Of a DNA stretch of 64,000 bases, positions 30,531-39,641 are shown piece after piece (position 1 is the stretch's first letter; every line of letters starts with the position of its first letter). The stretch is from Promethearchaeota archaeon. Lineage in GTDB: Archaea > Asgardarchaeota > Lokiarchaeia > Sigyniarchaeales > SOKP01. The notes under the pieces were generated by a model. It searched no databases and was not told where the DNA came from. It worked only from the letters and a program-made list of their open reading frames with translations. The stretch lies in assembly GCA_019057865.1 (NCBI GenBank), contig JAHLWP010000001.1, positions 128,001 to 192,000 on the forward strand. Reading direction: 5' to 3'. Both the position numbers and the translations under genes were made by a program.

Positions 30531-32223
30531 AAATGTTGAATTAGAGCGTCTAAAATTAAAAATCTTAGAAGCAATTAGATATTCGAAGCGCTTTTGGATG
30601 ACATATAGAGAAAATACGTTTGGAATTGCATCAATTCTAAATTTAATTTATAAAAAGTCCTTTATCGAAGTATTATTTTTTACAAACAAAGACGTTATGG
30701 AAAAAGGAGTCCCTTTATTAAAAATCTATACGCCAATAGAAGAAGAAATTGATTTTAATGAAATTATTGTAGAACCCGATTTTGATGAGGATGGTCTTGT
30801 CAGTCCTAGGAAAATTATTGAACGTATGAGGAAACTTATTAGAAAAGAATTTCAAAAGCGTTTAACATTATTAGATATAGAAGTGGAATTAATAGATAAA
30901 AAGTTCGAAAATGATCCAGTCGAGAATAATCCTTACTTTAGAGAGATTAGAATTTTTTTCCCATATTTTATAATAGGGTTAAAGGTAAATTTTGAAAAAT
31001 ACCCTCTCTTACCATCATTTTTCTTTTCGAAAACACTTTTAAAAATTATAAATGAAAGAGAATTTAATGAAGAAAATATTATTAAAAACTGGAATGACGA
31101 AAAGCCCCCTCACATTTATCAACTAATCGAGAAAGTGTGTGAAATTGTTACAGACCGTCTAAAATTGGATCATTTAAATGAAAATTCTCAACATTTAATT
31201 CTTAATGATGTATCTATTAAGAATGGAATAAAAAATGTCTCATTCAATATTCATAGGGGAAAATCAATAGGGATACTCTATGAGGAACAACAACTCTATG
31301 ATAAAGATCATAAATATGATTTATTTTATTTATTTTGGGCTATTTCGGGAAATTATTCTGATTTTTCTGGGACAATTGAGATTTTTGGAAATCAGATTCA
31401 ACAATTAAATGAAACAGATTTAGAAAAAATAGTAATTCTACCCCAAGCGTATGATTCAAAAATAAAAAACATGAAAATTAAGAAAGCAATCAAATATGAT
31501 ATTAATCTTAATGAAATCCTTAAAAGTAGAAAAACTACATTGAACACAATATTGAAAGATGCTGGTTTTGTACCAAAGATTGATGAGATAATGGAAGAGA
31601 TTTTTTTTGCTGCTTCAAAGAGAATTCTTCTTAAAAATATATATATTAAAAATGCTTTAGAAGTCACTGGATTATTACATAAGAAAAAAAAAAGAATTTC
31701 TAAATTAAATCAATTAGAATACCTCTTATTTTCGATTGCAAGGGCTTTACTGCAATTTCCTTCAATAATTATGTTCTTTATTCCTTTTGAAATATTAGAC
31801 CGATTAGAATATGATAAATTTAATAATTACATGAAAAAAATTAAAGAAAAGTTTCATGTGATTTTAATCTTTTATGCTCCTGAAGGAATAATATCCAATT
31901 GTGATCAAATCATAACTATTAGCAATTTGGAATCTAAAACAGGGACATTCAGCAATTTAATTGAAGAATTACCTCAATCAGGTGAAATAATTATAATTGA
32001 ATTAGATAATCCGGGTGAAGACTTAATAAAAAAGTTATACGAATTTGATGAAATAGCTAAAATCATAGAAGAAAGAAAAAATGAGAGATTTAAAATATTT
32101 TTAAAAGATCAGCCTGATCAAATGTTAATTCGATTAATAGATTTATTTAGTCAAAATCTTTTCAGTTTTAAAAGATATAAAGCATCTTTAGAAGATTATT
32201 CAGAATTTTTTGAAAGTACTTAA
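30517..32223 (+). CDS. Degenerate ABC ATPase with N-terminal UEV/RWD-like region
   Basis: NVSFNIHRGKSIGI and SIARALLQFPSII retain the ABC fold, but Walker A, signature and Walker B are lost. N-terminal FEKYPLLP...KNW...PPHIYQLIEK is E2/UEV-like (inference). Confidence 0.6.
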   Translation: MKNSRNVELERLKLKILEAIRYSKRFWMTYRENTFGIASILNLIYKKSFIEVLFFTNKDVMEKGVPLLKIYTPIEEEIDFNEIIVEPDFDEDGLVSPRKIIERMRKLIRKEFQKRLTLLDIEVELIDKKFENDPVENNPYFREIRIFFPYFIIGLKVNFEKYPLLPSFFFSKTLLKIINEREFNEENIIKNWNDEKPPHIYQLIEKVCEIVTDRLKLDHLNENSQHLILNDVSIKNGIKNVSFNIHRGKSIGILYEEQQLYDKDHKYDLFYLFWAISGNYSDFSGTIEIFGNQIQQLNETDLEKIVILPQAYDSKIKNMKIKKAIKYDINLNEILKSRKTTLNTILKDAGFVPKIDEIMEEIFFAASKRILLKNIYIKNALEVTGLLHKKKKRISKLNQLEYLLFSIARALLQFPSIIMFFIPFEILDRLEYDKFNNYMKKIKEKFHVILIFYAPEGIISNCDQIITISNLESKTGTFSNLIEELPQSGEIIIIELDNPGEDLIKKLYEFDEIAKIIEERKNERFKIFLKDQPDQMLIRLIDLFSQNLFSFKRYKASLEDYSEFFEST

Positions 32224-32253
32224 AAATATAATATTAAGAATTGTCAAAAAAAG

Positions 32254-33066
32254 TTGTATTATATGATAAAAAGTATATATTTCTTGGACGAGAATGGATT
32301 TTTGTTATATTCCAAAAATTTTATGAAAGAAAAATATGATGAAAATATCTTAATAGGATTTTTTTCATCAATCGCTAACTTTAGTAGAGAAGCTTTAGGA
32401 GGTTTAGTTAAAAATGTTGATCTCGGGGAAAATAATAAGCTTATTTTACTACCGAATTCAGAAGAAAGAATTCTCGTAGCTACTGTTGTAAGTACTAATG
32501 ACAATAACGATTTAGTTACATTAATTGTTAAAAATATAATGCAAGATTTCATTGATTCTTATTCACCTGATTATGATCTTGAAACAATTTACCCTGATGA
32601 TATGGAAAGAATAATTAACAATAATTTAAGAGGGAAAATTATGCCTTCTCCAAGGATAAAATTATTATTGTCATGGCTAATCGTAGGATTTTTATGCTAT
32701 TTTCTAATTCTCCTGAGCATAAACGTAACTTCTTTTATGTATACATCTTTTAATTTGAACCGATTCTTTACTCCAGAACAATTATTTACAAGATTTATGC
32801 CTATTTTAATATTATTGTCTACAATAAATATAATTATTTTATTTTTGCTCCCTAATTTAATTCTAGGGTTTTTGTCTCTAAATTGGAAAATTGCTACTTT
32901 AAACTCTTTCATATATCTAGGGATAACTATTACACTATATTTCTATTCAACAGAACCTAATTTCGCCTATATTATTGTAGGGCATTTACCATTGTCTTTA
33001 ATCTTCTCTCTGTTTTTCCTCTTTATTGGTGCAAGATATTCATCAAAAATGTTTTTAAAAAGATAA
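32254..33066 (+). CDS. Longin-like domain fused to four TM helices
   Basis: IKSIYFLDENGFLLYSKNF...LIGFFSSIANFSRE longin pattern; hydrophobic C-terminal half. Confidence 0.65.
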   Translation: MYYMIKSIYFLDENGFLLYSKNFMKEKYDENILIGFFSSIANFSREALGGLVKNVDLGENNKLILLPNSEERILVATVVSTNDNNDLVTLIVKNIMQDFIDSYSPDYDLETIYPDDMERIINNNLRGKIMPSPRIKLLLSWLIVGFLCYFLILLSINVTSFMYTSFNLNRFFTPEQLFTRFMPILILLSTINIIILFLLPNLILGFLSLNWKIATLNSFIYLGITITLYFYSTEPNFAYIIVGHLPLSLIFSLFFLFIGARYSSKMFLKR

Positions 33067-33196
33067 TTTTTAATATTTCTTTTTATGTAAAAGCTAACTG
33101 GTTTGCCAATTTTTTATTTAGTAATTTATAAGAATAGAGGAGGTTTAAATATAAGATTATAGATATGGTATTAATAGCAAGATTTTGTTTTAGAAT

Positions 33197-33784
33197 GTGA
33201 GAGTCCTTATGATTATCCCTAAAGTAACGAAGAAGATCCAAGTAATATGTCCAATCTGTAAATCTAAGGATATAGTTGGCATACCAGAATCAAAGATGAA
33301 AACAAAATCTCAATTAATAACAGTTTCAATTCATAAGGGGTTAATCTGCCCTCATCATTTTCAAATTTTTATTGATAAAGATTTTCATGTTCGCGGGTAT
33401 CAGAAAGTAGATCTTGAATTGGAACAAAATAATGTTAAGAACTTAAGAAATGGGGTAAAAGCGTTTATTCCGCATGAAGAGGACGACGAAGAATTGTTTG
33501 AAAATATTATTATGGAGGGCAATTCTTTAAAATACCGCCCTTTAAATTATGCCGATAATGAAAAAACAACCTGCAGAAAGAATGAAAATGTCCCAAGAAA
33601 AAAAGACATGACTTTAAAAGAAATTTATGAGGAATTTTGGGAATTTATTGATGAAGAAAATGAAGAATTTCGAGATTTCATTATTAATGATAAAAGAAGG
33701 AAAAAATTTCCCATGGATTGTGAATATATTGAAGTTTTTAACCATTTGAATTTAGAATCAAAAAATTCAATAGAGAATTTCTAA
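33197..33784 (+). CDS. Hypothetical zinc-binding protein
   Basis: CPICK...ICPHHFQIFIDKDFHVRGYQKVD. Confidence 0.6.
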   Translation: MRVLMIIPKVTKKIQVICPICKSKDIVGIPESKMKTKSQLITVSIHKGLICPHHFQIFIDKDFHVRGYQKVDLELEQNNVKNLRNGVKAFIPHEEDDEELFENIIMEGNSLKYRPLNYADNEKTTCRKNENVPRKKDMTLKEIYEEFWEFIDEENEEFRDFIINDKRRKKFPMDCEYIEVFNHLNLESKNSIENF

Positions 33785-33982
33785 CTAATTTCTGCTTTTT
33801 CTCTTCATTTACAATAATTTACAATAATGTAATGTTATGATTCGGAATTCTACAAAACTTCCATAAGAAAAAGTTATCTTTTGCTTGAAAAAGATATAAG
33901 AAAATTTAAAATTTAGTAGTTAATTTTCCAAGATATTATATTATATTAATAAAAAAATCAAAAAATATGAAGAAAGATTAAA

Positions 33983-35502
33983 ATGTCATATAAATTACCA
34001 GACGAGAAAGATTTAGAAGCTATGATAGGCATTGTGGGAAAAGAATATGCTACAAATAATAAAGCTATTACTGCGTCTTACCTGTCGAAATCAGTAATGG
34101 GTTTAGAAATCTATTATCCAAAATCGGATAATGACTAAAGAGCCAAATCCCTGATATCGTCGTTCGACCGAAATTTGTTGAAGAAATCCGTAAAATCTTA
34201 ATATATTGCTCTGCAGAAAAAATTGCAGTGAGTCCCGTTTCAGCAGGATTATCTGGTGGCTTTGCTTGCCCAACAATTAAGCCCGGTGGAGTACTTCTCG
34301 ATTTAGGAAGAATGAACAGGATTATTGAAATTGATACAGAGAATCGGTATGTCGTTGTCGAACCGGGGGTAACAATTGGTGAACTTTGGGCTTATATGCA
34401 TAAGAATACTCCAGATTGGGCGCCCCCTATACCAGATGGTGCTCCACCAGCCTCAACTGTTATGGGCGACGCTATTGATAGAGGTTTTTCTCTCTATACT
34501 TCAAGCGTTGGACCACAAGGAGATAATTTTATGTGCGGAGAAGTTGTATTTCCAAATGGTGATATTGTACGAACTGGCTCTTGGGCTCTTCCTTTTGCTA
34601 AACCTTTTTATAAATATGGGTTAGGACCTGATATTTGGTCAACTATTATGGGTAGTCAAGGAGCTTTAGGAGTGGTTACGAAAGTCGCAGTTAAGATTTT
34701 TCCACATCCTGAATTTAAGACAGTAGTTGTATGGGGTATGTCCAACCCTCATGATATGCAAGATTTAACGTTAGAAATTGGGAAACAAGAATTTGGAATT
34801 GCCCATAACACTGTTATGGTTCAAGGCGGAAATTATCATTTAGTCATGGCTCGATGGCCTAAAGATAAAGTACCCCATGATTATGAATTCTATAAAGAAC
34901 TAGGAATTAGTAAATGGTGGATGAATTGGGAGTGCTGGGCACAAACTCAAGAAGAGTTGGACTATGTAACTAATAGAATTAATAAAATGGCCGAAGATTT
35001 CAAGAAGAATAGAGCTAAAGATCCTGATGCATTAAAACCTCAGGAACTTCATCCGAAACAAATTGCAAGCAGGTTAAAAAAACCTAATAAAATTGCTATA
35101 CCCTATAGTTTCTGGGAAGCGGGATTTTTATTTATTACTTGGTACACTCCATGGAATGAATGTGCCCATTTTGCTGAAATGTATACAAAGGCAATGGAGA
35201 AATATGGATTCCCACCAGTTATGTGGATCGCGAGTATCGAACGCTGCCGACAAGCAATTTGTATGCCCATTATTTGTTTCGATTCGACTAACACCTCAGA
35301 ATTTGAAAGAGTTCAAGATATGAATAGAGAAACAACTGAATACGGGCTTAAACAAGGATGGTTGAATTATAGACCAGACCCATACATTCACGCTCCTCTT
35401 ACATATAGTCAAGCTGGAATGTACTGGAAATACTTAAGAAAGATAAAGAAGATGTTTGATCCTAATATGATAATGCATCCTGGGAGGCTTGCCCTTCCAT
35501 AA
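33983..35502 (+). CDS. FAD-binding oxidoreductase, intron-containing (exons 33983-34108 and 34141-35502; 495 aa spliced)
   Basis: Exon 1 MSYKLPDEKDLEAMIGIVGKEYAT...SVMGLE plus exon 2 SQIPDIVVRPKFVEEI...VEPGVT...GPD...GSQGALGVVTK...DPNMIMHPG. The ORF track shows only 34228-35502. Confidence 0.88.
34109..34140 (+). other. 32-nt canonical bulge-helix-bulge mRNA intron
   Basis: GGU-UUAG-[AA^A]-UC(U)AUUAUCC(AAAAUC)GGAUAAU-GA-CUAA-[AG^A]-GCC. Excision removes a UAA stop and the frameshift. Confidence 0.9.
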
Positions 35503-35523
35503 CTAAGTAAGGAGGTAAAAAAA

Positions 35524-36927
35524 ATGACAAAAACAGGTATGGAAAGACTCCAAGAGCTAAAAAAAGAAATTTTTAAATGTATTCATTGTAAGGCATGTAA
35601 GTTCGCTTATTCTGGTGAACCTGATAGGGAAGGAATAGGAGAGTATGCTGGAAAGCAAGGTACAGTACTTTATGAAGGAATGGTCGATGCTTGCCCCGCT
35701 GGTATAGAGTATGGTTGGGAAGCGTTCTGGAATGCAGGTAAGATTTGGATTGCTAGGTCAATATTAACGGGTGATTTAGAATTTACTGAAGAAGTCAGGG
35801 ATGTAATTTTGCCATGCATAACATGTGGTCAATGTTCAGCCCAGTGTGATAATAAGATTCCAACAGTTGATATTATAGAATCTTTACGGGCTGCGTGTAT
35901 AGAATCAGGAGTGCCTATGATCGAAAAACATGAATTAGTTGACAGATTGGTTAAAGAATTGAACAATCCATATGGAGGTAAAGCAGAAGAACGATTTAAA
36001 TGGGCAAAAGATGCTGGTTTAGAAAAATATATAGATAATAAAGAGGCCAAAATTGCATATTATGTAGGATGTACTGCAAGTTATCGACAAATAGAGGTTG
36101 CTGTTACAACTGCAAAACTATTTGAACAATTAGGAATGAATTTCACTATAATCGGAGATGAAGTTTGCTGTGGAAGTCCTTTCTTTAGGATTGGAGCTGT
36201 TGATACTGCCCAAGAATTAATGAATAAAAATTTAGAAGCTTTTAAGAATCTAGAAATGTTATATTTCAGTTGCGCGGGTTGTTATAGAACTTTTACCATT
36301 GATTATCCAAAATGGATGCCTGAAGGTGAAGAACTTCCTTTTAAAACACAGCACGCCTTTGAACTGGTGGCGAGATTAATTCAAAAAGAGAAAATCAAAT
36401 TCAAACCAAACAAAGAATTAAAGGGAAAAGTTGTCACTTATCATGATCCCTGCCATACAGGAAGACATTTCGCAGTAGATTTTGAACAAGAAATGATCAG
36501 AGAATCTAAGAATCTTATGTTCGATTCGCGAAAGATTAAGAAAAAAATCGAGGAATGGTATGAAATTCCACGTATAATTCTTAGAAAACTTGCAGAGGAT
36601 GTCGGTATTGTCTTTAAAGAGATGTATCGTATTAAACTTGATAGTATGTGTTGTGGTGCTGGTGGAGGGGTGAGGGCTGGATATCCCGATTTTTCGCTCA
36701 GAACCGCCAGTTTGCGATGTGATGAAGCGAATGCTGTTAGTGCAGATATCTTAACAACTGAATGCCCCTTTTGTTGGAGGAATTTATCCGATGCCAATGA
36801 TATGTACAATCACGGCATGAAAGTTATGGGAATTCTTCAGATGATAACTGAATATAATCTTTTAGACATGGCAGAAAAACCTAAAGAAGAAGATTTCTTA
36901 ACGCCATCTATTAGAGAGATTGAGTGA
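35524..36927 (+). CDS. HdrD/GlpC-type (Fe-S)-binding oxidoreductase subunit
   Basis: CIHCKAC, CITCGQCSAQC, EVCCGSP, YHDPCHTGRH, CCGAGGG, ECPFC; GGAGGT ribosome-binding site upstream. Confidence 0.92.
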   Translation: MTKTGMERLQELKKEIFKCIHCKACKFAYSGEPDREGIGEYAGKQGTVLYEGMVDACPAGIEYGWEAFWNAGKIWIARSILTGDLEFTEEVRDVILPCITCGQCSAQCDNKIPTVDIIESLRAACIESGVPMIEKHELVDRLVKELNNPYGGKAEERFKWAKDAGLEKYIDNKEAKIAYYVGCTASYRQIEVAVTTAKLFEQLGMNFTIIGDEVCCGSPFFRIGAVDTAQELMNKNLEAFKNLEMLYFSCAGCYRTFTIDYPKWMPEGEELPFKTQHAFELVARLIQKEKIKFKPNKELKGKVVTYHDPCHTGRHFAVDFEQEMIRESKNLMFDSRKIKKKIEEWYEIPRIILRKLAEDVGIVFKEMYRIKLDSMCCGAGGGVRAGYPDFSLRTASLRCDEANAVSADILTTECPFCWRNLSDANDMYNHGMKVMGILQMITEYNLLDMAEKPKEEDFLTPSIREIE

Positions 36928-36942
36928 AGAGGAACTAAAAGT

Positions 36943-37000
36943 ATGAGCGAATAGCTCATTTAAACTTATTTCTTTTTTTATGTTTTTTTTTAATTTTTTT
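36943..37000 (+). terminator. Hairpin plus T-tracts after the oxidoreductase operon
   Basis: ATGAGC-gaata-GCTCAT followed by long T runs. Confidence 0.45.
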
Positions 37001-37141
37001 TCATTTAAGATTATATTAAGCGATTCATATTTCATTTCATTGAAATATTAAAAAAATAATTTTGATGTAGAGGATAAATTTAAAAATTCGATGAAACAAT
37101 AGTTTTAATAAAGAATATATTTTTCAATTTAGTGAAATCTT

Positions 37142-38638
37142 ATGAGTAAGAAAAAATTAATCCCGACTATTGTAATTGTTATTACTTTAGTATTGATTGT
37201 AGGTTTAGTTACATTATTAATTCCTCTCGAAGAAAAACCAACTGAAGAAGGAACGAGAAAAGCGATAATAGTTTGTAGCGCCAATGATTTTTATTGGAAG
37301 GAAGGTGAACCTGATTTTACAGAAGGAGAATTTGATGAAGAAACTACTAACTGGATAGGAAGTTCCAATCCTAATGGGCAAGCTGTAATAGATAATACCC
37401 TACCAGGTCATAATACTCCTGGAGTTGTTCAATTAATTGCTAAATCAAATTTTAGCAATGCCTATGTTAATATGGAGTTTGTATACAATTGGACTAAATT
37501 TTATCCATTATTAAAATTTGGAGCTTATAATCTTTCTGCATGGGTTAATATCACAACCAATGCATGGACACCTGCAGTGATAATCCCCCTCACAGGAGCA
37601 GGGGCAAGAGTGGGATTACGATGGTTAAATTCTAGCAATGATGTAGTAAGAACAGATTGGTCAAAAGGTATATTTGAAACCTTTGCAGGGTGGACATTTC
37701 TAAATGCAACAGGTATTGCTGATAATTCTACTCTAAACGAAATAACCCAATTACATTTGGTTTTAGCGGTTGATGGTAATATGAATGGTACTGACATGGT
37801 GCTTTTTGATGGTGTTAAAGTAGAATATTGGTTCCCACCTCCAATCCCTAGCCCTCCTCCAAGTAATAGAGATGCAGATGGTTTTCCTGCTCAAGCTCTT
37901 CAAGTTTACTGGATATTAAAGAATCATGGATACACCGATGATAATATTTTTTTAATGCTCTATCACACGAATGACGATATAATAGATATATATTCAAACG
38001 ATGGAATCCCGAATGATTTAAATAGAACTGGAATTGTAGCCAAAATTGATGTAGAAAATGATGATGTGAATTAAAGTAGATTTAAACAGGAACTAAACAT
38101 TTCAATCTCAGGAAGCTTTGCTTCTAATATTACACAAAGTGATCAATTAATCATTTACATTGTAGACCATGGTTCAAATAATATACTTAGCGACGGTAAT
38201 GCAACTTTTCATTTTGAAGCAGATGATAGTTATATCACAGAATTGGAATTTTTCAATTTAGTCAAGCAAATTAATTGTAAACGTATATTGATTAATATTG
38301 ATATATGTTTTAGTGGAAATTTTTTGAATGAAAATTCAAACATTGGGCAAAGTTGGTATGATATTTCCAATTCCATATTAATCACTTCAACAACTAATGT
38401 TTTTTCATGGTATTGGCGAGATAACTCAAATGCAAATGGTTTTGCTGGATCATGGTTCTTTCATTCATTTTGGGAAGAATTAAACCAAAATGAGACAATA
38501 GGAACCGCCTTCAATTCTGCTAAAAATTTAACACTTTCAGGACAAACACAATCAATAGATGATATTCAAGCGCCTTTAATCCAAGATAATTTAGGTATAA
38601 AAGATGTTTGGAGTTTTAACAACGATCCAAGTTTATAA
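37142..38638 (+). pseudogene. Membrane-anchored legumain/C13 (caspase-hemoglobinase fold) peptidase with one in-frame TAA (38072-38074)
   Basis: Both ORFs share one frame: ...ENDDVN*SRFKQEL...IYIVDHG...NIDICFSGNF (His-Gly and Cys catalytic motifs); ILKNHGYTDDNIFLM. Confidence 0.75.
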
Positions 38639-38775
38639 ATGAATTTTTTTTATCTTTATTTATATTCTCCTAAAATCTTAAATTTTTCAATTTCCAGAAA
38701 TGGCTCTTTTCTTTTACTCAAAATTTATATTAAAATTAGAATTATTTCTAAATTAAATATTTCAATCAAGTTTCT

Positions 38776-39381
38776 GTGACAAGGATGCAAAAAAGGAATA
38801 ATAAAGTCAAATTTCCATTCATTATGGTATGTTTGATCTTTTCTACAGTAATATTTATGGCACTAAATTCAAATATAGATTTTATTTTGAACAATAACAT
38901 TGAAAATAGAGAGGTATATCAGGATGAGTTCTCAATATATCTCAATCAGCTTGATTTAACTGGTCCAAATATCACTTTTATTCAACCTAATTTAAATTAT
39001 ACTATAATAGAAACGAAATCTTATGAGATAATTGTAAATATAACAGATGAACATCCTCTTTTATCTGGAAATGTTCGAGTCCAAATTTCGAATTTTACAA
39101 ATTTATTAATAAATGCTTCAATGACCTCATCTGAAGGTGATTCATGGACTTATAAATGGGAGAATTTAAGTACTTATGTAAATAGGATTTTTTACACTAT
39201 ACGGGTTTGGGCAAAAGATTCTTCGCCAAATGGGACTTCAAGTTTATCCGAAGCTTGGTATGTTTATTTAAATCTCCCTAGAAGAATAAATCTATTTGTA
39301 TTAAGGAATATATTATATATTATTGCAGTTTCATTCATTTTTGCTGCAATTTGTCTCTATATTAACAAAAAAACTAGGTAA
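38776..39381 (+). CDS. Membrane protein with one extracellular Ig-like domain
   Basis: Two TM segments flank DLTGPNITF...YTIRVWAKD...N. Confidence 0.6.
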   Translation: MTRMQKRNNKVKFPFIMVCLIFSTVIFMALNSNIDFILNNNIENREVYQDEFSIYLNQLDLTGPNITFIQPNLNYTIIETKSYEIIVNITDEHPLLSGNVRVQISNFTNLLINASMTSSEGDSWTYKWENLSTYVNRIFYTIRVWAKDSSPNGTSSLSEAWYVYLNLPRRINLFVLRNILYIIAVSFIFAAICLYINKKTR

Positions 39382-39641
39382 AAAATTATCTAGCAAACAA
39401 AAATAGGGATTAGAAGGGTTTTTTGAAATGAATAAGTTGTATCCCATCTCTTTTTAACTTTAACAAGTTATTAATATTTAGTGATATTTTACAAAAGAGG
39501 TTAAGTTTTATGTCTTTTTAGTGGATTGAAAAATCAAATATAAAAATATTCCCAAAAAAATAAAAGCTCATATTATTATATTTGATCCTAAAAGAAAATA
39601 TTAATATTTTAGAATTATTATTTTAGGGGTTTTATTTATAT

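Noticed and set aside
34109-34140. Explaining the 30-32 nt inserts as sequencing errors, tandem duplications or transposon footprints
   Set aside because: They do not duplicate flanking sequence and have no target-site duplication. Their boundaries coincide with BHB cut positions that exactly restore the frame.
36464-36560. Extra ~27-aa segment (FAVDFEQEMIRESKNLMFDSRK...) in the second Fe-S gene as a hidden intron
   Set aside because: A hairpin exists (TAGATTTT/AGAATCTA), but the central helix is mismatched, one bulge is 4 nt, and excision (40 nt) would frameshift an open ORF. More likely a protein insertion.
38060-38090. Intron around the TAA in the C13-like peptidase
   Set aside because: No BHB fold, and the frame continues unchanged; a point nonsense change suffices.
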